A DNA stretch of 57,330 nucleotides from a virus (IMGVR_UViG_3300027833_001471:1-57330), one strand, 5' to 3'; shown: positions 17,351 through 26,649, counted from the stretch's first letter. Numbers and translations: made by a program. Notes: generated from the sequence alone by a model not told the origin.

Positions 17351-19292
17351 TAAAACCTCCTTTTAGTTGCTCACACATAGTGATAACTTCACCAAACTTT
17401 TGTTCTTTATAACACTTGTGCATAAAGTTGTGGCTTAGTTGGTTTGCACTATTGAATGCCTTGTCTGATCCACTCAAGTCTAATGCTGTGTATATGTCTA
17501 ATCCAACTGTCTTTCCTTTTACTGCAAGGCAATCAAGTTGAAGGTAAAAGAAATCTTTCTTGGTAGCTTGGTATGTAGAAGGTCCGACAATCAACACAAC
17601 ACCATAACCCTTACAGGCACTTTCTAATCTAGCCGCCGTGGATACCGCATCTCCAAGAATGTCATAGCTGTGTCTTGCAGTCGATCCCATTTCACCAATG
17701 TAACCTAGACCAGTGTTGATCCCAGCGCCCATAGCAACAGGTGGTTTGCCAGCAGCAACAAGCTTAGCGCTAAACTCATCTACCGCTCTTAACATAAGGA
17801 AACATGTTTTAACACCATTTCTAGGATGATCTGGATCATTGATAGGTGCGTTGTGAATATGCATAGAGGCGTCACCAATGTACTTAATGATCATTCCGTT
17901 TGCGTCTAAGACTGGCTTAGTAATTGCATCCATGTAACCATTCATGACATCAGTAAGACCTTTAACGTCATCTCCAAAACTTTCGCCCAATGGAGTGAAG
18001 CCACGCAAGTCACTAAACACAATAGAAACTTCTTTCTTCATGCCTTCTTTGACAAGAGCAGGATTTTCTTGAAGTAGGCGTACTACTTCTGGCGAAGCGT
18101 AACCTGCGAATTGTTTTTTGATTGCTTGCTTCTGTAGAAACTCATCTACAAACCTGAGTACATACTGTACAAGACCAACGAGCAAGAGCATAGCACTAAT
18201 GGTAACGCCATCAATAAGAATATTCGAAGTAGTAAAGACATAGATGGAACCCCCAATAAGTCCAGTGATTGTCATGACAAAAACACCAAGACCTATGAAA
18301 GTCCAATATGATAATAAAATTATGATAAGACCACTCACAACTAATGCGGCTAACTCGCCCCATGCTTTTGCATCTGCATTTCGTGTGATGTTACTCTCGT
18401 TAAATACAGTACCAAGCATTGCCGCCTGTATTTCGTGTGGGAACACAGAACCCATCGCAGTAGCAAGTGGTTGTGTAATACCTGATGCAGTCGTACCTAC
18501 AAAAACCACAGCCCCACCGAAGTCATTTGGTAATTCAGAAAGGCTTACTGAGTTGTATCCTTGTGACCAATCAACCCATACTTCACCAGCTTCGTTTGTT
18601 GGTATGATACCGAATTGAGGTATTCTTAACTTATCTACGCCCAAAGGTGATAACTTAATTTGGAAGCTTGGATCACCAGCAAGAATACGTAATACTTCCA
18701 TTGTAACGTTTGGATATAACGTACCACCACTCTCAAAAACTAAAGGTGCGCGTCTAGTAACACCATCTATTTCTGGGAAGGTGTTGATAATTCCTGACCC
18801 CACTGCATTAGACTCAATGACATCGACGTTAGCTGTAATGCCAAGTACGCTTGGAATAACATACATATAATCGCTATTAATAATAGCGGCTCCCGGATTA
18901 ATTGGCTCATTTTTATTCTCCTCAGTACCTAGCATTGTCACTATGACAGGGTAGTTTTGCAAGGTTAATGCAAGTAAGTCGTCTTCACCAGACCTATCTT
19001 CCTCACTCATCAAAACATTAAACACTACAAGCCCAGCGCCACGACTGTACAAATCTTCGATAATAGCACCGTATTCACCACGAGGGAAAGGCCACTGACC
19101 ATATTGATTCAATGCTTCTTCATCTATATTAACTGCGTAAATGTTATTTGGGACAATTTCTTGGCTTACAATTAACTGATCGAAATAACGTAAACGCATG
19201 CTTTCAATAAAGGATGGGTTTACAACATATAACCAAGCAAATAAACCTAGCATCATTACAGCCCATATCGGGGAAAATAGTATTTTTCTCAT
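17241..19292 (-). CDS. CHASE2-domain class III adenylate cyclase
   Basis: GQWPFPR and DGVTRR (CHASE2), 3 TM, FSDLRGFT, IKYIGDA, GINTG, YDILGDAVSTAARLE. Confidence 0.93.
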   Translation of the reverse strand: MRKILFSPIWAVMMLGLFAWLYVVNPSFIESMRLRYFDQLIVSQEIVPNNIYAVNIDEEALNQYGQWPFPRGEYGAIIEDLYSRGAGLVVFNVLMSEEDRSGEDDLLALTLQNYPVIVTMLGTEENKNEPINPGAAIINSDYMYVIPSVLGITANVDVIESNAVGSGIINTFPEIDGVTRRAPLVFESGGTLYPNVTMEVLRILAGDPSFQIKLSPLGVDKLRIPQFGIIPTNEAGEVWVDWSQGYNSVSLSELPNDFGGAVVFVGTTASGITQPLATAMGSVFPHEIQAAMLGTVFNESNITRNADAKAWGELAALVVSGLIIILLSYWTFIGLGVFVMTITGLIGGSIYVFTTSNILIDGVTISAMLLLVGLVQYVLRFVDEFLQKQAIKKQFAGYASPEVVRLLQENPALVKEGMKKEVSIVFSDLRGFTPLGESFGDDVKGLTDVMNGYMDAITKPVLDANGMIIKYIGDASMHIHNAPINDPDHPRNGVKTCFLMLRAVDEFSAKLVAAGKPPVAMGAGINTGLGYIGEMGSTARHSYDILGDAVSTAARLESACKGYGVVLIVGPSTYQATKKDFFYLQLDCLAVKGKTVGLDIYTALDLSGSDKAFNSANQLSHNFMHKCYKEQKFGEVITMCEQLKGGFNGKMDEYYDIWIERCNYMATQDLPPYWDGIFRATTK

Positions 19293-19405
19293 TCTTCTTT
19301 ACACTCGCATTTATAGCAGACGTCATTCACACACTCTTTGCAATCTGGACTGTAACAGTGACAACCATGACCGCATTTCTTACAGGTTCTTGGTGTTCCT
19401 TGCAT
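19289..19405 (-). CDS. Cys-rich metallothionein-like micro-protein (38 aa)
   Basis: MQGTPRTCKKCGHGCHCYSPDCKECVNDVCYKCECKEE; GGAG RBS; ATGA overlap with the cyclase. Confidence 0.7.
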   Translation of the reverse strand: MQGTPRTCKKCGHGCHCYSPDCKECVNDVCYKCECKEE

Positions 19406-19431
19406 GTATTAACTCCATATAAAGATACATG

Positions 19432-19439
19432 TATTTATA
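19432..19439 (-). promoter_or_regulatory. T4-type late promoter TATAAATA
   Basis: Exact match upstream of the micro-ORF and cyclase. Confidence 0.7.
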
Positions 19440-20153
19440 TTAATTTTGCGTTACGGTCACTGTGCAACCGTTTGCATTGTTGCAATATTGTGTAAGGCTG
19501 TATGAGTTTAATCCTGTATCTTGATAACTACTACCAAGTTGTCGAACATTGACAGTATTAGGACCACCTACATTTGTTACGTCTATGTTAGCAACATTAT
19601 TCATTGACCTTTGATATACGTTTACATAGTTATCATCACCAGTTACGCTGATATTCGATTCTGCTTCTCCATAACTGTCGCTACTAACCTTTACAGTATT
19701 ATCATCGCCTGTAATTAGAATATTACTTTCTTTAGTACCGCCCCAATCTTGATTACTATAACCGTGGCTTCCACTACTGTGGTTTGAAAACAAGACTTGT
19801 GCCTTGTTGCGATCACCTACAATTCCAATGTTTGTTTCATTGATGTTGTTGTTGCCTTGCCCAGTAGCGTGTGCTACAACAACTTTATTGTCATCGCCAA
19901 CTGTACTACTATTCACTATAGCATTGTCACTAGCGACTCCATCTGCCCGATTGTGTGCGTTGCCATCTACATCTTTACAATTTGAATCATTGCCGTTTGT
20001 ACAATACTGGAAGTAGTTGTCCTCACCATCTTGTATAACTTGCATTTCCAAGTCGTCACCTACTTGGTTGATGTATATTTCATTAGCATTACTGCTTCTG
20101 GGTAATATCGATAGTGTTACTACCAACGCCCATGCGATAATCGTATACTGCAC
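19440..20153 (-). CDS. secreted curlin-like repeat protein
   Basis: Signal peptide; NEIYINQVGD, QDGEDN and GDDN/GDRN repeats. Confidence 0.75.
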   Translation of the reverse strand: MQYTIIAWALVVTLSILPRSSNANEIYINQVGDDLEMQVIQDGEDNYFQYCTNGNDSNCKDVDGNAHNRADGVASDNAIVNSSTVGDDNKVVVAHATGQGNNNINETNIGIVGDRNKAQVLFSNHSSGSHGYSNQDWGGTKESNILITGDDNTVKVSSDSYGEAESNISVTGDDNYVNVYQRSMNNVANIDVTNVGGPNTVNVRQLGSSYQDTGLNSYSLTQYCNNANGCTVTVTQN

Positions 20154-21222
20154 CGTTGTTTTGCTCCAAGTTTAATATGTAACCGTAGTTGTTATTTAAA
20201 TACAAATCTACAGTATGTTGTAGTGTTTGATCCACTCTTTGAAAGTGGTAGTTTGGTTCTTCGTTCTCTAATAATATGCGTGTTGCGGGATCGTACCCAT
20301 ACCCTTTTTCTCTAAAAAATTCTACGTTCTGTTTGTCCAATTCTGATTTCAACTGATTTGCCAATGCCAAACTTAATTGATCAAGAATATCGTTCAGCAA
20401 TTCCTCAAGGTAGTAGTCTGCATCTTTAAGATCAGTATCCCAAATATCTTCAATACTATCCACAAGAGCATCAGTATCCAATCCATCAAAATCCAAGAAA
20501 TCTACCGCAAGAACATCTGGCTTTTCAACAATCTCACCTTCCATTGGTGGTGCTTCATCATATGGTGTGCTTTCCCTTAGTATCAGTAAATTAGTGATGT
20601 CTCGTTCACTTAGGTCAAGTAGTCTAGGTGGTAATGGTTTACTGAAAGAACTTCTCACCATCGTTGCTTGGAATGCTTGGTTCATAATAACATAACCTAC
20701 GTCAGTCTCCACAGATATTTCACCAATTACACAACTCCCACTAACATCACAACTTGGTAGTAGTGTAACCATCGTCCCACCAGCCTCATCAACAACCATA
20801 ATAAAGTCAGTTCCTCTAACACCAATCGTCGCTGCTGGAGTTTTGATACTTACGTTTCTTCTGTTCCTCTTGGCTATTTGCCCACTGGCATACCTAACCG
20901 TGCCTAATGTAGTCTTTAAACTCAATGCACCAACACCCACACTTGGGTCATAAACGAAATCGTCAATCAATAGACGTGTGTGAGCCTTAAGGTCAACAAG
21001 CGTATCGTCAATAAAGCTGATACGCATACTACCCTTTTCTGTGATGGCTGTGTCCATAGACTCAACACCAACACCTTTACCCCCTTCAATAACGTCACTG
21101 TCTCTTTCAAGAACACCTGACCCATTGAATTGATCTATCCTACCTGCTTCTCCATAAATGGATGTCGGCATCAAGATTAACCATGTCACCATGAGCTTCT
21201 TTATAATGATACGCCATTTCAT
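20089..21222 (-). CDS. FecR-domain periplasmic protein
   Basis: Signal peptide; GTVRYASG, IKTPAATIGVRGTDF, GEISV. Confidence 0.85.
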   Translation of the reverse strand: MKWRIIIKKLMVTWLILMPTSIYGEAGRIDQFNGSGVLERDSDVIEGGKGVGVESMDTAITEKGSMRISFIDDTLVDLKAHTRLLIDDFVYDPSVGVGALSLKTTLGTVRYASGQIAKRNRRNVSIKTPAATIGVRGTDFIMVVDEAGGTMVTLLPSCDVSGSCVIGEISVETDVGYVIMNQAFQATMVRSSFSKPLPPRLLDLSERDITNLLILRESTPYDEAPPMEGEIVEKPDVLAVDFLDFDGLDTDALVDSIEDIWDTDLKDADYYLEELLNDILDQLSLALANQLKSELDKQNVEFFREKGYGYDPATRILLENEEPNYHFQRVDQTLQHTVDLYLNNNYGYILNLEQNNGAVYDYRMGVGSNTIDITQKQ

Positions 21223-21230
21223 TTATGATA

Positions 21231-21950
21231 TTAATCGCTTTGCGTAATATCGACATCTTGTCCATCACCTGTAAAACTCCCAACTATTTTATTATCGTAA
21301 ATACCAGATTGACTGATATCATATGTGGAACCACCACCAACAATAGTTAAATTGATTTCATTTCCTAGTATGTCACCGTTCCCAGTAACATCAATGTCTA
21401 CAAAGTTTCCTTCATCGCCGTTTACACTGGCTGTACTCAAACTAGTTGAGTTGTTTTCAACCACAGTAATAGTTGCGTTAGTACCATCAATATCAACGTC
21501 ATAGTCAGAGTAATCACTCGTAACTGTGAAGTTTGCTATCAAAGTATCTGAATCGGCTACTTCACCGATATGGAATGAAAAATCGTTATCATCGCCAGTT
21601 GTAGTAATGTTCAACGTGACGTCTTCACAATTTAACCCACTTACACTGTCACATAGCATATCAACTGTGTTGCTGTCGCCTGTGAAAGCCCAAGTGCCTG
21701 TGTAGTTGTTTCCTTTGATAACCGCCGCAATAGTATTAAAGTTTCCCTGTTGAGTAACAGAAAATGTCATACTATCACCATTAAGCGTTACGCCTGTAGT
21801 GGAGTTACCAAATTGGTTGTCTTGACCGTCTTGGTTAATATCCAAGTCCAATCCATCGCCTGATTGCGTTATGTAAATGTCGTTCGCCCAAGCGCTTGTT
21901 GTCATAATGAAAATAGACGAAACCACATATATGAGTTTCTTACTAAACAT
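21231..21950 (-). CDS. secreted curlin-like repeat protein
   Basis: Signal peptide ending AWA; NDIYITQSGD, QDGQDN, QQGNFN, GDSN, GDDN repeats. Confidence 0.78.
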   Translation of the reverse strand: MFSKKLIYVVSSIFIMTTSAWANDIYITQSGDGLDLDINQDGQDNQFGNSTTGVTLNGDSMTFSVTQQGNFNTIAAVIKGNNYTGTWAFTGDSNTVDMLCDSVSGLNCEDVTLNITTTGDDNDFSFHIGEVADSDTLIANFTVTSDYSDYDVDIDGTNATITVVENNSTSLSTASVNGDEGNFVDIDVTGNGDILGNEINLTIVGGGSTYDISQSGIYDNKIVGSFTGDGQDVDITQSD

Positions 21951-22771
21951 TAATTATCTTCTTTCTCTTTAAATTTCCATAAGTCTTTATCTATACCTTC
22001 ATACACTAATTCTATAATCCCCTGTTCTATCGCCGCCCTAACAGCGTAGTTTACAGGCTCATTCACTGAATATCCATTCTCTACTTCCAACGCCTTAGTA
22101 CCTAAATCTAGGAACTTAAAAACATCTGTGCCGCTTCTGTAACTTGCTACGGTCTTTTCAGTAGCGATACTAACTAAAACTTTACCCGATGCTACACTTA
22201 CTAAGCGCATTACAACAGTAACCGTATCTATCCTATATTCCGTAGAAGCACCCAACCCCATAAATCTGACACCAATACCGCCAACGGCTGTGTTGCTATC
22301 ATATCCTACAATACCACCCTCTAATATAAGACCTGCAAATAAAAGTGGTTGTAGTGGTTCTGGACCCTTTTCGTCATTCTTCTCGTATATCTCACGAGTG
22401 TTTCTTATTAACTGTCTCTCTTTAATCAAATTGTCCATACCAACACGTTCGATCACTTGGAACCAACCCTCATCACCAACATCTTGTAATGCTTGGATCA
22501 CCCATGCCGCGCTACCCTGAGTAACCGCACTAGATAAATTAGCTACACCATCTCCTGGTTTTCTTTGACCAGTCATGTCAGAAAAGTTGTATACCGCAAT
22601 TGGTATCAACTCACCATCAAGTTTTGGAACCGCTTCTAACCTACCTTCGATAGGGCTAGGTTGATTGATAGGAGACTTGTCTATATTGCCTAAAATATCA
22701 AGGCTCTGTTCCATTGCACAACCGCTTAATGCAAGAACTATGCCAACTGATGCAATAAACATTTTCATCAA
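21950..22771 (-). CDS. csgG: curli secretion channel CsgG/HfaB-family lipoprotein
   Basis: Lipobox LSGC, AVYNFSDMTGQRKP, SSAVTQG, WFQVIER, LIKERQLIR, EGGIVGYD. Confidence 0.93.
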   Translation of the reverse strand: MMKMFIASVGIVLALSGCAMEQSLDILGNIDKSPINQPSPIEGRLEAVPKLDGELIPIAVYNFSDMTGQRKPGDGVANLSSAVTQGSAAWVIQALQDVGDEGWFQVIERVGMDNLIKERQLIRNTREIYEKNDEKGPEPLQPLLFAGLILEGGIVGYDSNTAVGGIGVRFMGLGASTEYRIDTVTVVMRLVSVASGKVLVSIATEKTVASYRSGTDVFKFLDLGTKALEVENGYSVNEPVNYAVRAAIEQGIIELVYEGIDKDLWKFKEKEDN

Positions 22772-23244
22772 AAATTAAACTCCCCTAATCCTGGGATAGA
22801 TATTTCTGTTACAGTGCCATCATCTCCTGTAATGGTCAGGGTGATCTGACCTGTTATCACATCTTTCTCCCAACTAATTTCTGATCCTTCGATGTCAGCA
22901 GTACCGCTTGTTGAGCATGTAGCCCCTGACGCATCAGCACAATCAGCAAACATAGAGTCTACTAATTGTTTCGAGATTGTTGCGTATATTCTTGATTCAA
23001 CGTTTCTTAAGAACTTGTTTAATGTAGAGTTTTCTAGTTCACGCTCAATACGATCTGCTTCTGCATCAGCCGCATCTTCCAATTCTTTTTTTCTGTTAAA
23101 TGAAAGTTGTTCTATACTTAAAACATGCGTAGAGTAGCCCTGTCCATTAAATGACGGATTTTTAAATCCCCATTGCATTGGACTTGAAACTGCTACGTTA
23201 CTTACTAGTGTCAGCGTTATCGCTACTATTATCGTTTTCATCAT
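22768..23244 (-). CDS. csgF: curli assembly protein CsgF-like
   Basis: Signal peptide followed by FKNPSFNG; directly upstream of csgG. Confidence 0.8.
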   Translation of the reverse strand: MMKTIIVAITLTLVSNVAVSSPMQWGFKNPSFNGQGYSTHVLSIEQLSFNRKKELEDAADAEADRIERELENSTLNKFLRNVESRIYATISKQLVDSMFADCADASGATCSTSGTADIEGSEISWEKDVITGQITLTITGDDGTVTEISIPGLGEFNF

Positions 23245-23566
23245 CTGCCTGTCCTGTTGAGTTGAAAGCCTTACTGCCTGCTTTGTATTCTTGTACTAGT
23301 CTATGCAACTCATCCTCACGCTGTGGGTTGAGCTTTGCTCTATATTCCAGTACCATACTTAGCTTACTGTTTAGTCTTATCATATCATTATCAAGCATTC
23401 GAACACGATCAACTAATTTGATCAGGGTGAACATAGTTTCACCGATGACTGGATCAATGGTTTCCGTCACCCATTTCCAAATAAAGAAAATGAAATAGCC
23501 CATGCCCATTGCCGCTATGATTGGAAAACCATATTCGCTTACAGCCTTGGCTAAATCAAATTCCAT
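23198..23566 (-). CDS. small membrane protein, GFPI motif + coiled coil (YvrJ/BhlA-like)
   Basis: EYGFPIIAA TM segment; paralog of 24016-24294. Confidence 0.7.
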   Translation of the reverse strand: MEFDLAKAVSEYGFPIIAAMGMGYFIFFIWKWVTETIDPVIGETMFTLIKLVDRVRMLDNDMIRLNSKLSMVLEYRAKLNPQREDELHRLVQEYKAGSKAFNSTGQADDENDNSSDNADTSK

Positions 23567-23579
23567 TTACTTCCCTTTG

Positions 23580-23789
23580 CTAATCCCTAACGACTCCATC
23601 AGCCGAAGAAATTTTAACTAACCAACCCCTCTCGTTTACACGAAAGACGTCACCTGGCTGATACAGCCAATAATCCTTTTCAGTGCCATCTTGTTTGACA
23701 CCCATAACCTCGCCTTCCCAGTTACCTTCGACTCGAAAGTTCTCTCCAGCTTGGTTGATGTTATATTCCATCCAGATCATTTGAATCAA
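23580..23789 (-). CDS. hypothetical protein
   Basis: ORF track; shares GDxFRVxxxG with its neighbour. Confidence 0.65.
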   Translation of the reverse strand: MIQMIWMEYNINQAGENFRVEGNWEGEVMGVKQDGTEKDYWLYQPGDVFRVNERGWLVKISSADGVVRD

Positions 23790-24016
23790 TCCTTACCATT
23801 ATATACGATTGAGGCGTATGAACTGTCATCAACCTCATTCATTTGATCAGTTATATTGCCGATACGCTCAAAGTATCCATTAGGACCCACTCTAAACTCA
23901 TCACCAATTTCGAGTTTCACATCATCAATAACGAAGAACTTATCATCTGTGTTCTTTCCATTGAGAATCCGAAACCCATTTTCAAACTTAGTTAGTACCA
24001 AATCTTTCCATAACAT
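23786..24016 (-). CDS. hypothetical protein
   Basis: ORF track; coupled on both sides. Confidence 0.65.
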   Translation of the reverse strand: MLWKDLVLTKFENGFRILNGKNTDDKFFVIDDVKLEIGDEFRVGPNGYFERIGNITDQMNEVDDSSYASIVYNGKD

Positions 24017-24294
24017 TAGTCTCTCCTTGCGTCATCCTTGCCTTCGTTAGCCGCAATACGATCAATGTTTGGTTTCACGTTTAGAGCATAACTAAGTAGG
24101 GCATCAATTTTCACTAAATCATTATTCATGGTCTGAACTCTATTATCCAATCCAGTCATAATATTCTTCAAAGAAGTAACGGAATCTGTAACACTCGCCA
24201 AAATAAACTTAAGCGTTATGAAAACGAATAACCCAGCAGCAAGCGCACCCGCAATTGGAAATCCTACGTCTCCGACTAGTGATAAAAAGTCCAT
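24016..24294 (-). CDS. small membrane protein, GFPI motif + coiled coil (YvrJ/BhlA-like)
   Basis: DVGFPIAGA; AAGGAG RBS; first gene after a late promoter. Confidence 0.75.
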   Translation of the reverse strand: MDFLSLVGDVGFPIAGALAAGLFVFITLKFILASVTDSVTSLKNIMTGLDNRVQTMNNDLVKIDALLSYALNVKPNIDRIAANEGKDDARRD

Positions 24295-24312
24295 TCCGTC
24301 TCCTTCGTTTAC

Positions 24313-24320
24313 TATTTATA
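24313..24320 (-). promoter_or_regulatory. T4-type late promoter driving the curli/cyclase operon
   Basis: TATAAATA on the minus strand. Confidence 0.72.
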
Positions 24321-24359
24321 ATAAATAGAACGACAAAGCTAAAAAAAAGGGAAAATGTC

Positions 24360-24830
24360 ATGTACGAATACAGAGCGCAGATTACAAGAGTTGTTGATGG
24401 GGATACGGTTGATTGTGACATCGAATTGGGTTTTGGTGTAGTTTTAGCCGATGAACGTGTGAGAATTATGGGTATTGATACTCCTGAGTCACGTACAAGC
24501 GACAAAGTTGAGAAGGTTTTTGGTCTAGCCGCAAAGCAAAGACTTAAAGAGTTGCTTGGCAAAGAGTGTATTTTAAAAACACAAATCGCAAAGAATGGTG
24601 AAGATATGAAGGGTAAGTTTGGTCGTGTCCTTGGAGACTTTATCATGGATGATGATCGTATGGTCACTGAAGTTATGGCTGAAGAAGGACATTGTGTTCC
24701 TTACTATGGTGGTGCTAAAGGTGATACGCAAGACGCTCACATGGTAAACAGACAGAAGCTATTGAGCGAAGGTGTAGTAACCCAAGCCGATTATGATAAA
24801 GCTGTCGCAATTATGGAGAAAAGAAAATAA
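24360..24830 (+). CDS. thermonuclease (SNase-like) family nuclease
   Basis: RVVDGDTVD, VRIMGIDTPES, GKFGRVLG. Confidence 0.88.
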   Translation: MYEYRAQITRVVDGDTVDCDIELGFGVVLADERVRIMGIDTPESRTSDKVEKVFGLAAKQRLKELLGKECILKTQIAKNGEDMKGKFGRVLGDFIMDDDRMVTEVMAEEGHCVPYYGGAKGDTQDAHMVNRQKLLSEGVVTQADYDKAVAIMEKRK

Positions 24831-25093
24831 TGGATAATTTTACTTTAGAAGAACTAAATGCAATGGTAGTTGAAGCGGGTGAAACCCAAGTTATAGTACA
24901 AGCTAATTGGATAGGACTAAACGCATCTAACGAAGGTGTGTATTATGCTACTGATACTGATGGAGATGCTGGACACATTTACATCAATCTACGTGATGGG
25001 GAATATGTTATCAATGTAGCTTCTTTGATTACTGCCAACGATGTTATTACTGATTACGTACCAGCAGATACAGCACCAGAAGATACTGAATAA
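24830..25093 (+). CDS. acidic hypothetical protein
   Basis: TAATG coupling. Confidence 0.7.
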   Translation: MDNFTLEELNAMVVEAGETQVIVQANWIGLNASNEGVYYATDTDGDAGHIYINLRDGEYVINVASLITANDVITDYVPADTAPEDTE

Positions 25094-25101
25094 TTTAAGT
25101 G

Positions 25102-25130
25102 TTGACAACCTTTTCGTGATTCGCTATAAC
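25102..25130 (+). promoter_or_regulatory. early promoter TTGACA-17-TATAAC with TGATTCG in the spacer
   Basis: Direct motif match. Confidence 0.7.
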
Positions 25131-25166
25131 TTAATAGTAAAAAGAATCAAACGAAAGAGAAATCAA

Positions 25167-25535
25167 ATGCTTTATCAAATTTTTCAAATTCAGTTCTCAG
25201 ATCAAGACATCGCAGAAGTTAATTCAGATCAGCCTAACGCTAAGTATACTGCTAAGCGTAATCTTGATTTTGACTTTGGTGATATTGGCATCACTACTCT
25301 TGCTTCTGAAGCTTTTGATAGCGGTCTTTACACTCACGTTGCCAACATCACTGGCAATGATCTTGAGCATGTCTTCGAAATCAGCAACCTTTGCATTGAA
25401 AGCAATATCGAGCGTTTAGGTCGTAAGTCTTCTTTGTCTGTTGGCGACATCATTGTTGATGGCAACGGCATCATGTGGGTATGTGCTAATTTTGGCTTTG
25501 ATGAAATTAAAGTGCTTGACAGCGTAGCCGCCTAG
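25167..25535 (+). CDS. YodL-like domain hypothetical protein
   Basis: YQIFQI...LEHVFEISN...SLSVGDII pattern; start placed after the promoter. Confidence 0.6.
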   Translation: MLYQIFQIQFSDQDIAEVNSDQPNAKYTAKRNLDFDFGDIGITTLASEAFDSGLYTHVANITGNDLEHVFEISNLCIESNIERLGRKSSLSVGDIIVDGNGIMWVCANFGFDEIKVLDSVAA

Positions 25536-25544
25536 TGCTACAAA
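25516..25544 (+). promoter_or_regulatory. early promoter TTGACA-17-TACAAA
   Basis: Motif match; GAATC downstream at 25557. Confidence 0.55.
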
Positions 25545-25575
25545 AGTGAGTAATTAGAATCAGAAGGGATTCGAA

Positions 25576-25845
25576 ATGATATATAAGCACACTGCCGTAG
25601 TTGCCAAAACAAAAAGTGCTGAGACATATGCCATTGGGCGGTCAGATGTTCTTGACGGTAAACCACCTGAGTGGGGTGGCTACTACGTGTGGGTGCGGAA
25701 GGCTAATTACATGTCTCACGTCAAAGGTGGCATCGGCTACACATGGCGGTACGTCAAGAAAGATTTGACTTACAACGAAGCCGTTATCTTGATGAACAAA
25801 CGGATCAAGTTCAAAGCTTTCGAAACAAATGAAGCATACGGATAA
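25576..25845 (+). CDS. hypothetical early protein
   Basis: ORF track, AAGGGA RBS. Confidence 0.7.
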   Translation: MIYKHTAVVAKTKSAETYAIGRSDVLDGKPPEWGGYYVWVRKANYMSHVKGGIGYTWRYVKKDLTYNEAVILMNKRIKFKAFETNEAYG

Positions 25846-25848
25846 ATT

Positions 25849-25883
25849 AGGGGGTTGACAGCCCCCTTTTTTGATTCTATAAC
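25849..25883 (+). terminator. intrinsic terminator fused with an early promoter (TTGACA in loop; -10 TATAAC at 25878)
   Basis: AGGGGG-TTGACAG-CCCCCT followed by a T run. Confidence 0.7.
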
Positions 25884-25915
25884 ATATGAGTAATCAGTCT
25901 TGAAAGGACGCAAAG

Positions 25916-26116
25916 ATGTTTGAAGTTGGTATGGGATTTATTCGCAACTACGCAAAAAACACTGCTACAGGTGAGATCACTTCGATCCACGATAATGCAG
26001 ATGGCGTAACACTTGTGACTGTATCGTTCGATGACGGTTCAATGAAGTCTTACACTGAGGACTGCGTTATCGCAAACCTTGGCAAGCGCATAATAGTAAC
26101 AGTAGGAGTTATTTAA
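25916..26116 (+). CDS. hypothetical early protein
   Basis: ORF track, AAAGGA RBS. Confidence 0.7.
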   Translation: MFEVGMGFIRNYAKNTATGEITSIHDNADGVTLVTVSFDDGSMKSYTEDCVIANLGKRIIVTVGVI

Positions 26117-26361
26117 TGATAAAAGCGGGATCAAACGAAATCGAAGCGAGAGCAAATGCTCTACAAGCCTCTATTGATAACAAGGGGCAGTACGTGACCC
26201 TCTATGCTTGCTTTGGAGTTTTCATGAAGATGTCTAAGTCACTTCACGTCTTTGATCCCAGTGACAGTCTTTTCGGGGTCTATTGGCTAAATGGTAAAGA
26301 GAAGCCCTTTACTATGGCTCAGCAAATAAAAGATGAACAATCAACTCCTAGTATGACTTAG
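26116..26361 (+). CDS. hypothetical early protein
   Basis: TAATG coupling, AGGAG RBS. Confidence 0.7.
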   Translation: MIKAGSNEIEARANALQASIDNKGQYVTLYACFGVFMKMSKSLHVFDPSDSLFGVYWLNGKEKPFTMAQQIKDEQSTPSMT

Positions 26362-26364
26362 GGG

Positions 26365-26393
26365 TTGACAACATCAGAATGATTCTCTATACA
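26365..26393 (+). promoter_or_regulatory. early promoter TTGACA-17-TATACA with GATTC
   Basis: Direct motif match. Confidence 0.68.
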
Positions 26394-26423
26394 GTAAGAG
26401 TAAGTTAAAAAGAAAGAGAGCCA

Positions 26424-26648
26424 ATGCTAGTTCAAACAACAATGACCGAAAATAACAAAATGTGTTATAGCCTCGAAGCGCGTGGCACTAAGTATGAAGT
26501 TGTTGATGATCGTGATGGCTTCTATGCTGTTTGGTCTAAGCGTAATAGCCTGACAACTACTAATCTAGTTCTTATGACTTTGAAAGAAATGAAGGCTCGT
26601 TCAAAGGCTCTTAATCACCTCGCAACTCTTATCGAAATGGAAGTATAA
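26424..26648 (+). CDS. hypothetical early protein
   Basis: ORF track. Confidence 0.7.
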   Translation: MLVQTTMTENNKMCYSLEARGTKYEVVDDRDGFYAVWSKRNSLTTTNLVLMTLKEMKARSKALNHLATLIEMEV

Positions 26649-26649
26649 T

